Shown in pieces: positions 49,958 through 62,727 of a stretch of DNA of 64,000 bases (the first letter of the stretch is position 1; every line of letters begins with the position of its first letter). Position numbers and translations under genes: made by a program. The stretch lies in contig NC_042997.1 in NCBI RefSeq assembly GCF_006345805.1, forward strand, positions 43,648,001 through 43,712,000, written 5' to 3'. The notes below the pieces were generated by a model that had not been told where the DNA came from, did no database searches, and saw only the letters and a list, made by a program, of their open reading frames with translations. This DNA is from Octopus sinensis. Taxonomy: Eukaryota.

Positions 49958-50338
49958 GCTGACAATTTTTTCCGCAAGATATGGATATTTTATCCTGTTC
50001 CTACTGTTCTATCAGCATTATTCTGCGTTTGAAAATAAATTATGCCCTTATCTGTATCTTTCAATAGGTCTCAGCGCTTCTAAAAGCAAAACAGGAAAAT
50101 GCACATTTTTCATATTATTTATGAATAAATAATACCAAAACCTTTCCATTTTTCTGGGGTTTTTTTTTTATACAATAACTCTGCAAATAATATTTTCACA
50201 ATTCTCAATCTTAATAAATATTTTGATTAACATGCGAGAGCAACTGTGGATACATATTGATTGTAATAATGGAATCAGTAGATGTGCTTCAAGAGGAAAC
50301 AGCGGAGAACTACTCAAACTACCCTATATATATGGAAT

Positions 50339-50720
50339 GGAAGCACTCCGTCGGTTACGACGATGAGGGTTCCGGTTGATCCGAATCAACGGAACAGCCT
50401 GCTAGTGAAATTAACGTGTAAGTGGCTGAGCACTCCACAGACATGTGTACCCTTAACGTAGTTCTCGAGGATATTCAGCGTGACACAGAGAGTGACAAGG
50501 CTGGCCCCTTGAAATACAGGTACAACAGAAACAGGAAGTAAGAGTGAGAGAAAGTTGTGGTGAAAGAGTACAGCAGGGATCACCACCATCCCCTGCCGGA
50601 GCCTCGTGGAGCTTTAAGTGTTTTCGCTCAATAAACACTCACAACGCCCGGTCTGGGAATCGAAACCGCGATCCTATGACCGTGAGTCCGCTGCCCTAAC
50701 CACTGGGCCATTGCGCCTCC
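50339..50720 (-). mobile_element. SINE group R
   Basis: Full-length copy; TSD CCTATATATA. Confidence 0.92.
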
Positions 50721-50905
50721 ACGAACCTATATATAATTCGACTGAGGAAAGAAAACTTCGAATGAGCCGTCTGTGCTTTTTCTTGTCCCTCTTCTGTATC
50801 AACTGTCCGGATGTTTTGCGTTCTCGCCCCACTTTTTGCATTCCTTTTTATATACATATGGCGGCGTACGTACACTTTGGTCTCTTATATGTAAGTACAT
50901 ATATA

Positions 50906-51175
50906 CTCTTACTCTTTACTCTTTTACTTGTTTCAGTCATTTAGACTGTGGCCATGCTGGAGCACCGCCTTTAGTCGGGCAAATCGACCCCAGGACTTAT
51001 TCTTTGTAAGACTAGTACTTATTCTATCGGTCTCTTTTGCCGAACCGGTAAGTTACCGGGGACGTAAACACTCCAGCATAGATTATTATCAAGCGATGTT
51101 GGGGCGGAGGGGCAAACACAGACACACAAACATACACCCCCCCCCGCACATAAACACACACATATATATATGTCG

Positions 51176-51259
<84 letters not shown>

Positions 51260-51402
51260 GACAGGCTTCTTTCAGTTTCTGTCTACAAATCCATTCACAA
51301 GGCCCGAGGCTATAGTAGAAGACACTTGCCCAAGGTGCCACGCAGTGGGACTGAACCCGGAACCATGTTGTTCGTAAGCAAGCTACTTACCACACAGCCA
51401 CT
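50906..51402 (-). mobile_element. CORE-type SINE group C
   Basis: Matches 20318-20787. Confidence 0.88.
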
Positions 51403-52029
51403 AAATTTTGTACGACTCTCTTATTCATTCATTCTTTCTTTCTATCAGCCCCCCCCCCCACACTTACTTCGTTCTTTCCTCTCTTCTTTCTTTCGTTCCG
51501 CCTCTCTCACATTTCCTGGCTTTCTCTTCATTCTCACCTTCCTTCCTCTTTCTCGTACCTCCCTAATTCTTCTGTCTCTCTGCCTATACCTCTCTTCTCT
51601 CTCCCCACGTGACCGGTGTTCGGCCAAGCCTGACCTTGCTTTCTTGCAACATCTATATTCCTCCCCATGCCTGTCATCTCCTATGTCCCTGCCGTAAGGT
51701 TTCATTTTCACACACGTCAGCTTAATGAAATTCGTCCTTAACCGAAAGACACCTGTTGTTAATGTCCTCTTATTTGTATTTGTATTTGTGTACCATTTCT
51801 CCGTTTTTTTCCCCGTCCTTATTTTCGTATACATTCGCTGTTTTATTCCAAGGAATCTAATACTCCTAGTTTGGCCAGATTTGAGTAATCTCGAGTAAAA
51901 CCAGCCGAAATTGCGAAGATAATCTGGAACTCGGCTGAGGAAAGAAATTGTTTTTATATCATCTAGCTATCTGGATGTTTTGCGTTCTTGTCTCATTTTT
52001 TTTGTATTCGTTTTTATATATCTCGTGAA

Positions 52030-52830
52030 CAGGGATTAATCTTCTCTCTTCACTCCTTAGCACCACATGGGCTCAACCTCCCTCCCCTCTTCATCTAACC
52101 CTTCTCCCTTCTCCTCTCTTCCTCTCACACCTACTTCCTCCTACCCACCTCCTCCCTTCTTCTCTCCCTTCATCGTCACCCCTCTCTCGTAACCCAAACC
52201 CTACACAATCAAACCCTACCTTCCCTATCCAACCCATCCGACCCTCACCCCATCCCTTACACCCACTCCCACATACCCCGCCTCTACCCCCACCCACACC
52301 CCACCCTTGCTTTCGTCACTCTCGCCTCCCCAACATCCCAACACCACCACACCACACACCATCATACCACACACTACCATACCACACAACACCACATCAC
52401 ACCAACACGCACACACTAGCACTGACCACTTCCCAGCACCCACACCATCATTCACTCGCCTACGCATGCACACGCGCACACGTCAAGGTAACCAGCCCTC
52501 TTCCACACGCACATACATGCTCGCTTATACACACGCACGCGCACCTTCGTTTCGGGATCACCACTAGTTTATTATCTCCCCCTTCTTCCTAGCTCTCCTG
52601 TGTGACCCCTCCGTCCGGCATTCGCCATTATAGATCGCTAGCAACAACACGTTCGTTATTTTCTCTCCCTGTTTTTTTTTTCTGTGTTCCTTTCTCTGGA
52701 TGAGCGTAGGCTCAAAAAGTTAAAGACTTTTTCACTTCCCGAACGTTAAACTAATACATCTGTTTGCTCTCTGCACCACCTACCTTCGTCTTTTGTTTTT
52801 TTTTTGTGAATTCTCTCTATGTATGTATGT
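52030..52830 (+). mobile_element. Probable PLE terminal region with a degenerate hammerhead (52691-52726)
   Basis: TTTCT-CTGGATGA-GC GTAG GCTC-AAAAAGT-TA-AAGA; stem II GAGC/GCTC intact, core mutated. Confidence 0.5.
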
Positions 52831-52845
52831 ATGTATGTATGTATG

Positions 52846-52912
<67 letters not shown>

Positions 52913-52974
52913 ATATTCGGAATGGTCATATTGCCAGTTTAGCCATAAATCTTGCACAACAAAATTTAAACGTA

Positions 52975-53023
<49 letters not shown>

Positions 53024-53055
53024 AAAAAGGAGATGTCGAACACGCATCAATGGTG

Positions 53056-53261
53056 ATATATAAAAAAGGAAATGAAGAAAATGCTGACAAATAATGAAGT
53101 AATTAAGTAATTTAATTAGGTGAAGTTCTTTTTACGGTTGCGCATGTGTTATGCTTATCAAAATTTTGATAAGCATAACAAATGCGCAACCGGTAAAAAG
53201 AACTTTCACCTAATTAAATTACTTAAATTACTTCAATTATTTGTCAGCATTTTCTTCATTC

Positions 53262-53272
<11 letters not shown>
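53056..53272. repeat. ~210-bp near-perfect palindrome with no spacer (centre 53163/53164); right arm repeated at 53354-53440
   Basis: ...GTTATGCTTATCAAAA|TTTTGATAAGCATAAC... Confidence 0.93.
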
Positions 53273-53298
<26 letters not shown>

Positions 53299-53433
53299 TA
53301 ATATATATATATATATATATGTAGGTCCCGGTTGATTCGGGGTTGACCACAGTATGCGCAACCGGTAAAAAGAACTTTCACCTAATTAAATTAATTAAAT
53401 TACTTCAATTATTTGTCAGCATTTTCTTCATTT

Positions 53434-53478
<45 letters not shown>

Positions 53479-53573
53479 TATATATATATATATATATATA
53501 TATGTAGGTCCCGGGTTGATTCGGGGTTGACCACAGTAAATAGGTACTCAATACATAGCAGAGTAAAATTAAA

Positions 53574-53683
53574 TTATTATATAGAAGGAGCTTCTACAGG
53601 ACTAGAACGTTCATTCAAGAGAAATCTTAGATTCTCTTGAATGAAACAGTTCTAGTCCTGTAGAAGCTCCTTCTATATAATAA
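53574..53683. repeat. ~110-bp near-perfect palindrome (centre ~53627)
   Basis: TTATTATATAGAAGGAGCTTCTACAGGACTAGAAC...GTTCTAGTCCTGTAGAAGCTCCTTCTATATAATAA. Confidence 0.93.
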
Positions 53684-54062
53684 ACTAGCAGTATCGCCCG
53701 GCGTTGCTCAGGTTGTAAGGGAAATAACTATAAAGCATTTTTAGAGAGTTATAGCCAAAAAATAGCAAAAAAATGGAAAAAAATTATGGTTAAATTTTTT
53801 TTGAGAGCAAAAAAAGGTGGAGTTGCGTCCCCTAGACAGTTTGCGGTTTGTGTTTCTGATTCTCGACCCCATGTCGAATTTATCGATTTTTTCAGAACTG
53901 GGGGAAATTTTCAAAAATTTTCGCTGCGTTAGTTTGAATTATGACATTGGGCTATGTGTGTGTCAAGTTTCATCAGAATCGGTTGAAAGCCGTGGTCAGG
54001 GTGAGGGTACGAGAAAACAGACACACAGAAACACGCACAGACAAACTGCCGTTTATATAGAG

Positions 54063-54064
<2 letters not shown>
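53684..54064 (+). mobile_element. HINE variant: H1 5' end with a different 3' half
   Basis: Same ACTAGCAGTATCGCCCGG start; AAGTTTCATCAGAATCGG...ACAGACAAACTGCCGTTTATATAGAG end. Confidence 0.75.
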
Positions 54065-54093
<29 letters not shown>

Positions 54094-54156
54094 AATATAT
54101 AATATATATATAATGATGTATGTATGTGTGTGTGTGTGTGGATATATATATATATG

Positions 54157-54323
54157 ATATGTGACAATTAGTTGGTGTCATAATAAAACTCAGAGTTTTG
54201 GATACCGGGGCTGAAGTCTGCTCCGGCATCTCATCAGTTATTAAGACAAAACGCTATTGAAAAACCCGTTGAATAAAGGGAAATTACTCCAATAGGCGTG
54301 GTGAAAGTAATACTTCATTCATA
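54157..54323 (-). mobile_element. Inverted copy of the PLE pseudo-LTR at 56009-56177
   Basis: ~165-bp reverse-complement match. Confidence 0.88.
54181..54243 (-). ncRNA. Type I hammerhead, G12>A core change
   Basis: TAATAA-CTGATGA-GATGCCGG[loop]CCGGTATC-C-AAAA-CTCTGAG-TT-TTATTA. Confidence 0.75.
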
Positions 54324-54678
54324 GAATCCGCATATGCTCACATATACACACACACATTACATGTATGCACACACACACACACACTTGTATGTATATATAT
54401 ATATATATAAATACTCCAACCTGTGTGTACATATACATACAAACACACATATATACATCTATATGTCTACGCATACACTCACATACACACGCATATAAAC
54501 AGATGCACGCATCACTACGCTCATATATATACATCTCTACACGCGTACACACATACATGCGCGGATATAAAAACGTAGTTTATACGTACATGCATACACA
54601 TACGCGGAAAACGTATATACAAATACAAACACATACGCAAAAACGCACGCATCATTATGTTCATATACATATGTCTGT

Positions 54679-55059
54679 GGAGGCGCAATGGCCCAGTGGT
54701 TAGGGCAGCGGACTCGCGGTCGTAGGATCGCGGTTTCGATTCCCAAACCGGGCGTTGTGAGTGTTTATTGAGCGAAAACACCTAAAGCTCCACGAGGCTC
54801 CGGCAGGGGATGGTGGTGATCCCTGCTGTACTCTTTCACCACAACTTTCTCTCACTCTTACTTCCTGTTTTGTTTGTACCTGTATTCAAAGGGCCGGCCT
54901 TGTCACTCTCTGTGTCACGCTGAATATCTCCAAGAACTACGTTAAGGGTACACGTGTCTGTGGAGTGCTCAGCCACTTACACGTTAATTTCACGAGCAGG
55001 CTGTTCCGTTGATTCGGATCAACCGGAACCCTCGTCGTCGTAACCGACGGAGTGCTTCC
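54679..55059 (+). mobile_element. SINE group R
   Basis: Full-length copy; TSD ATACATATGTCT. Confidence 0.92.
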
Positions 55060-55449
55060 ATACATATGTCTATACGCACATACACATACATACGCGGATA
55101 TATAAAACGTAGTCTATACACATATGCACAGACATACGCGGATAGACGTATATACAAATAAAAACACATACGCAAAAAAGAAAACGGAAAACATTCACAT
55201 TCGCCGCAAAACTTGAATATGCAAAAGAGTTATATATGTATATACACAAATACACCCTCCTGTCTGTCAAACACATCTACACCTGCAGATATATAAACGT
55301 ATATACATACATATATGTATGAAGGAAGGAGACAAGTACAACAGGTAGTCTTGCACCCGTATATATACAATAATTCGTACACATGTATATATGCACGCAC
55401 ATGTATATACTACACGCGTATAGGTTACACAATTATAAAGGACGAAAAA

Positions 55450-56177
55450 TAATATACAGAAAAATATTTAAAGTAATAAAAATATAGGCATAACTTTAAA
55501 ATTAGTTTTAGTTCTACTACTAACTTTAAAAATATAATTGCACACAACAAACAAAATCAACAAAATTAAGCCGGACGTTCCTACAGAGTTAAAAATTTGT
55601 GCCCGCTAAATGGAATATCTATGACCGAGGCCATCATTTATGAAACCACCATAGACTCTACAACCACTAAGGATATACTTTCGTCAAAGAAATATGTGCG
55701 TCTCATAGGGGGAAATTTTAAAGCTAGGTTCAACAATCACACTTTAAGCTTCAGACACTGGGATAAAAGGAAAACAACCAGATTATCCAGTTATATATGG
55801 TCCTTAAAAGAAAAAAGGTGCCAACTATAAGATTCACTGGAAGATCTTGGCCAAGTGTAAGCCTTACACTAACGGCAGTGGAAAGTGCGGTCTTTGCGAT
55901 ACGGAAAGATGGCTCATCTGGAAAAGTGCTTTAGACTCGATACGTGTCTAAATTCAAGAACTGAACTTTTCGAGTCATGTCCACATATGGCAAAAGATTT
56001 CCTACGTTTATGAATGAAGTATTACTTTCACCATGCCTATTGGAGTAATTTCCCTTTATTCAACGTTTTTTTTTCAAAGCGTTTTGTCTTAATAACTGAA
56101 GAGATGCCGGTGCAGACTTTAGCCCCGGTATTCGAAACTCTGAGTTTTATTATGACAACCAACTAATTGTCACATAT
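55450..56177 (+). mobile_element. Penelope-like element (Neptune-like GIY-YIG) 3' part with pLTR
   Basis: CPLNG...AIIYETTI...KKYVRLIGGNFKARFNNHTLSFRH...TRLSSYIWSLKE; frameshifted WKILAKCKPYTNGSGKCGLCDTE. Confidence 0.88.
56090..56152 (+). ncRNA. Type I hammerhead ribozyme with intact core
   Basis: TAATAA-CTGAAGA-GATGCCGG[loop]CCGGTATTC-GAAA-CTCTGAG-TT-TTATTA; stem I 6 bp; palindromic stem III. Confidence 0.85.
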
Positions 56178-56210
56178 TATATTTATAGATAAATTCCTCT
56201 ATTTTACATA

Positions 56211-56345
56211 GGTTGGCGAGAGAGGTTTTCGGAGGTTGGCGAGAGAGGTTTTCGGAGGTTGGCGAGAGAGGTTGGAGGTTGGCAAGAGTGGTCATCGGAG
56301 GTTGTCGGATGTTGTCGAGAGGGCTTTTCAGAATTTGGCGAGAGA
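56211..56345. repeat. 23-bp minisatellite (GGTTGGCGAGAGAGGTTTTCGGA), decaying rightwards
   Basis: Two perfect plus about three degenerate units. Confidence 0.85.
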
Positions 56346-56359
56346 GGTTGTCGTTCACA

Positions 56360-57205
56360 GAAAAACTATTGTTTTACCGTGAGAAAAGTGCTGTTGAAGT
56401 GTTAAGTGAAATTTAGCAATCGAGGATCGAATCCATGCTATGCCTGCATGAAGCCACTACAAATACATTGTGGAAAAAAATTGTCTATTGTCATGGAGAA
56501 AGTGTGACTGTAAAAATGCTAAATTATTGGAGTAATGGGCATTCAAAAAAGTATGTATGTATAGAAATGTATGAATGAAAATATTAAAATCAAGGAAGTG
56601 CAATAATGATGTTTAGCAGTTCAAAACTGGGAGTAGTGAAATGCAGAATAAGGTCGGCTGATCGTGAGAATCAAATATTGATCGCTTCACTAAAAACTGC
56701 GGATGATATGGGTTATTTCCCTTGGGTTGTTTAAAGAAAATATTAGTAATATGTAGTAGATAGGAAGTTCCATTGGATGAGCCCTATTATCGATTTTTTC
56801 AACAATCTAAGTATGTCACGAGGTTTCCAGGCATGAGTTCTATTCACGTGTCAAATAAAGTAAAAAGGTGATATTGTCTGCAAAATTTAAAAATTGGACA
56901 CACAAAAAAATCAATATTCAAAGTAATCGAACATAAACAATGAAATGGGTTATTTCCCTTAAGTGTTTAGAAAAATATTGTGCAGGTGATATGGGTTATT
57001 TCCCTTGGGCGTTTAAAAAATAGTTATATGAGGTAGATATAAAGGTCCCTTCCAGGGGCCGTATTATCGACTTTTTTCAACAATCTAAGTATGTCATGAG
57101 GTTACCAGACATGAGTTCTACTCACGTGTCAAGTTTCATCAAAATCAATAAAACGATGTAGGAGGAGTTAGCTAACAACGCCACAAACAAACCTAACAAT
57201 TTATT
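56360..57205 (+). mobile_element. HINE-like element with an internal ~150-bp direct duplication (56700-56860 / 56987-57135)
   Basis: End AAGTTTCATCAAAATC...GTAGGAGGAGTT...ACAAACAAACC is typical of Helentron non-autonomous elements. Confidence 0.5.
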
Positions 57206-57391
57206 TGTTCTCCTTTAGTAAAAAAAGCCTTGAAGGAAGGAATGCCTGATAATCAAATAACAATTTGATATAAAAGTCAAAGAGCAGAAGGAAAATCAAA
57301 ATGTAGAATGACGAAATAAATGCTGGTTACAAATTTTGCCACAAGGCCAGCAATTTCGAGGGAGGGAATGAGTCGACCTCGATAATTCTTA

Positions 57392-57605
57392 ATCTTTTAA
57401 TCTTTTCTTTTACTTGTTTCAGTCATTTGACTGTGGTCATGCTTGAGCACCGCCTTTAGCCGAGCAAATCGACCCCAGGACTTATTCTTTGTAAGCCTAT
57501 TACTTATTCTATCGGTCTCTTTTGCCGAACCGCTAAGTTACGGGGACGTAAACACACCAGCATCGGTTGTCAAGCAATATTGGGGGAACAAACACGGACA
57601 CACAA

Positions 57606-57684
<79 letters not shown>

Positions 57685-57844
57685 TACGACGGGCTTCTTT
57701 CAGTTTCCGTCTACCAAATCCACTCACAAGGCTTTGGTCGGCCCGAGGCAATAGTAGAAGACACTTGCCCAAGGTGCCACGCAGTGGGACTGAACCCGGA
57801 ACCATGTGGTTGGTAAGCAAGCTACTTACCACACAGCCACTCCT
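57392..57844 (-). mobile_element. CORE-type SINE group C
   Basis: Matches 20318-20787. Confidence 0.9.
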
Positions 57845-58203
57845 ACGCCTATTGTTTAAGTTTGGTACATATTCTATCGGTAAACAAACCAACAGCGCGT
57901 GTTCGTTGGCGGGGACCCAGAAATACACAAACACACACACAGAGAAAGAGATGCAAAACCCTTTATTTCACGTTGCTCCAGTTCACTCAGCTCTGGAGTC
58001 ACGACGTCACTGGTACCAAGCTGTATCGGCCCCTTTGCTTTTTACTTGGATAACATCGGTGGCATGGAGGCTGGTATGCATGGGCGACTGCTGGTCTTCC
58101 ATAAACAATCTCGCCCGCACTTGCGCCTCGAAGGATAACTCTCTAGGTGCAATCCCATGGTCACTCGTGACCGAAGGGGGTCTTTAACTTCTCTCTCTCT
58201 CTC

Positions 58204-58780
58204 TCTTTTCTTTTACTTGTTTCAGTCATTTGACTGCGGCCATGCTGGAGCACCGCCTTTAGTCGAGCAAATCAAACCCCAGGACTTATTCTTTGTAAGC
58301 CTAGTACTTTTTCTATCAGTCTCTTATGCCGAACCGCTAAGTTACGGGGATGTAAACACACCAACATCGGTTGTCAAGCGATGTTGGGGGGACACAGACT
58401 CACAAACAAACACGCACGCGTGCAAACACACACACACATACGACGGGCTTCTTTCAGTTTCCGTCTACCAAATCCACTCACAAGGCTTTGGTTGGCCCGG
58501 GGCTATAGTAGAAGACACTTGCCCAAGGTGTCACGCAGTGGGACTGAACCTGGAACCATGTGGTTAGTAAGCAAGCTACTTGCCACACAGTCACTTCTGT
58601 GCCTAAAATATATACATATATATATACTCATATATACAATGGGCTTCCGCAAGGTTTCCGTCTATCAAATTCACTAACAAGGCAATGGTCGACCCAGGGC
58701 TATTGTAGAAGACACTTGCCCAAAGTTCCACGGGACTGAACCCGAAACCACATGGTTGCAAAGCGAGCTTCTTAATCGCA
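58204..58780 (-). mobile_element. CORE-type SINE group C (58204-58598) plus a partial head (58630-58780)
   Basis: Matches the other group C copies. Confidence 0.85.
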
Positions 58781-59279
58781 CATCTTGGGTAGACGAAGAC
58801 GAATGCATTGAAAAGCAAGAAAGCATGTCAGCGGGTGGCAGGGTGGAGGCAAGGGAGAAAGAAGAAAAGAAAGGGGAAGAATAATGAAAAGAGAAGAGAT
58901 TATGATACGAAATAAAGAGCAGAGAAAAAGGGGGCGACGTGGAGGGCCTGTGAAAACATGGGCAGAGTTTCTTTCAGAAAAGAACACAATAAAAGCAAAG
59001 AAAGAAAATAGAAATTCAGTGAATTAATGAGATGCCGACACACTGAGAATCACACAAAGAAATGAGAGAGGGGGAGAGAGAGAGAGAGAGAGGGGGAGAG
59101 AGAGAGAGAATGCAGAAAATACATATGATGGGAGGAAGAAAATGCTAAGAGAAGAGAGAAGGTAAAAAGTAGAGGTACCAGATGAAAAGGATGCAGAAAC
59201 AAAGTGATGAAATACTTTACTGAAAAAGTAGGAGAAGGAAAGAGAAAGAGGAGTGTAAAAAGCATAAAAGAAACAAATA

Positions 59280-59391
59280 TGATAGATAGATAGACACACA
59301 GGCAGACAGTTAGATAGATAGACAGAGAGAGATAGATAGATAGATAGATAGATAGATGGATAGATAGATAGATAAATAGATAGATTGAGAG

Positions 59392-59442
<51 letters not shown>

Positions 59443-59471
59443 CAGATAAATAGATAGATTGAGATAGATTG

Positions 59472-59531
<60 letters not shown>

Positions 59532-59545
59532 TGAGATAGATTGAG

Positions 59546-59601
<56 letters not shown>

Positions 59602-59663
59602 TGATTGATTGATTGATAGATTGAGATAGATAGATTGAGATAGATAGATAGATAGATAGATTG

Positions 59664-59742
<79 letters not shown>

Positions 59743-59755
59743 CAGAGATAGATAA
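59280..59755. repeat. (GATA)n array with GATT/GAGA variants
   Basis: Directly visible. Confidence 0.97.
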
Positions 59756-59756
59756 C

Positions 59757-61288
59757 TTTCTTTTATTAACCACACAGGGCTGAATACAGAGGGGACAAAT
59801 ACAAATGCAGAGCTTTTCTTTTCGAGGGTGGAAAAAAATAAAAAATGTAAGATTGCGATCAAAAGGGATCGAGAGGAGGAAAAAAAAGGAAAAAAAGAAA
59901 ATCGTGTATCACAGAAATAATGGTGTAAACACTGATATAACAAGATTGGGTTCATCCGTGGGAAGAAAAGCCTACAGAAAAGACCACGGGAACCCCAGTC
60001 AGGGAGGAAATAAACACATGAGGTCAAAAATGCTCTCTTTCTTTCTTTTTTACGATCTACAGGATCATGCTCAAAATGGTTTCGTTACTAGCACGCACCA
60101 TCTTTGCAACATTCACCCATCTTTTTTTGAATCTTTCGCGAGACAACTTCCCTCTCCATTCTCACCTTCCTTTTCAAGTGGTACTTGAAAAAGTTGATGA
60201 GCGATTGGCCAGAGAGGTAAGTGTTTGTCTCTAATCCTTTCGCTCGAGTCCACCACACACATTCTTTCACCATGGCCACCAGTACGATGAAAACTGCCTT
60301 GCCTTCCCGGTTGAGGGAAGGGGGCGGAGCAATTCTCACGATAGACTCGGCCGATAGGCGGATTCGTCCCACACGTGACAGCAGCCGTTCGGCATAAGCC
60401 CACAGGTCGGAAATGGTTGGACATTGCACGAGTGCGTGCAGAACGGTTTCGTCGCTCTGACCGCATCTCGGGCAAGTCGGTCCAGTGTGTCTGGAACCGT
60501 GTCTGTAGAGCTTATCCCGAACAGGTAATGCTTCTCGATAGCACTGCCAGGCCAGGGATCTTTGGTGATTGTTCATAGGTCCCGGCCCGAAAGTTGTCCT
60601 GAACAGGCGGGTCAGGTGTTCCTCGTCGACGCCCAGACTCTGCCCGAGTTCGTCGTCGCACCTCCCCTCCACTAATCCTCTATAGAATGCCTTTGTTGTG
60701 ATGGAGTCGCACAAGTTCGATCCCGGACGGCAGAGTTGCTTGAGAGCAACGCGACACTCGCGGTGCCATTCGCCTAGCCTCGGTCTCTGCTTGATCCATG
60801 ACTGTAGTTCGTCCAAGGAGACGAGCTGCGGGAAAGCGCGCCGCACAAAAGGCGACCACCCCTGTTCACCGTTGTCTATGAAGCGCCGGAGATGTCGCAG
60901 TCTCAGCGCATGTCTGCGCATCATCAACCACGGCATGCCCAGCCCTCCATTTAGCGGGTGTTGGCAGCAAATGGATCGCCTAACCATCGGAACGTTTCCC
61001 TTCCACAAGAAGCGGAAGAGTATGCGTTCCAGTTTGGTGATGGTAGGGTCGGGACAAGGCACGACGGTCAGACGATACTCGATGACGGATGCGATGTACG
61101 CGTTCGCCACCTCCGCCCGACCTTTTAGGGATAGCTTTCTCTCAGTCCATTTCTGGGTGAGAGTAGCCACCCTAGTCGTTATCTCGCCCCAGTTCTTCTC
61201 CATTTGGAGGTCCGGACCGAACCAGACCCCGAGCAATTTAACCGGTCCGTCCGTCCAGCGTCCCACGATGGAGACGCTGTTGGACGAG
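59757..61288 (-). mobile_element. Young 5'-truncated Tx1/L1-clade LINE (RT C-terminus, zf-RVT, 3' UTR with AATAAA)
   Basis: VKLLGVWFG...[11 protein letters not shown]...FLWKG...HPLNGGLG...[18 protein letters not shown]; ~390 codons open; one frameshift in an A-run near 60125 (true stop ~60059); AATAAA at 59762-59767. Confidence 0.93.
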
Positions 61289-61888
<600 letters not shown>

Positions 61889-62042
61889 TGTTTCTTTATT
61901 AGCCACACAGGGCTGCACACAGATAGAACAAATTACAAGGTAGAGCTTTTCTTTTGAAGGTTTAAAAAAAAAAAAAAAGGAAGGGGAGTTTCGATCAAAA
62001 GGGATCGTAAAAGGAGAGAAAGAGGACAAAAAAAAGGGGGGT
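61889..62042 (-). mobile_element. 3' UTR fragment of a related Tx1 family
   Basis: TTTATTAGCCACACAGGGCTG...AGAGCTTTTCTTTT...GATCAAAAGGGATCG matches 59760-59880; GATA repeats on both sides. Confidence 0.8.
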
Positions 62043-62499
62043 TAGATAGATAGATAGATAGACAGCTAGATAGATAGATAGATAGATAGATAGATTGATT
62101 GAGTGACATATTGAAAAGAAGTGAATGAGAAAGTAAGCGAGGAAAAGGGAGAAAGAAAGAGAGAGAGGGTAAGTAAATGTGGAAGAAAGGAATAAAATAA
62201 GAGAAAAATTACAAAAAGGAAAAGAGATGTGAGGGGAAAGAGGAAGAGAATTGCTGTTTGACAAGAGGGAGATAAGGAAAAGGTGGAGTGATTGATCGAG
62301 GAAAAGGAGGAGGTGAAAAGAAAAAGAAGAAAAACAATAAGGGAGGAGGAAGAGGTATGAGAAAAAGGAGGAGGAGGATGTTGGTGTGATGAAAGAGAAA
62401 GAAAGAGGTGGATAGAAAGTAATAATAAAGAGATAGGTAAGCAGATAGGAGGGGGATGAGGAGAGAGAGGTAGAGAGAGAGAGAGAGTGAGTGAGTGAG

Positions 62500-62727
62500 A
62501 GAAACAAGTTGAGTGTCGTTTTGGAATATTAAGCAGAACGGTGCAAGTTTTAAGGAGCCGAGACAGAGGCAGCAGGACGCACCGCTGTCAATAGAGAAAG
62601 ACTTTTACTGATAAAAAAAGGGGAAAAAATCTATCTACAGACAGGAAAATACATAAAATTCTATAGAGAATAAACAACATTAACATCGAAGAATTTGCAG
62701 GAGAAAAATAGAATAAAATAAAGAATT
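62500..62727 (+). promoter_or_regulatory. Probable proximal promoter / 5' UTR of arginase
   Basis: Repeat-free stretch directly upstream of the ATG, following a GA-rich tract; TSS not identifiable. Confidence 0.3.
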
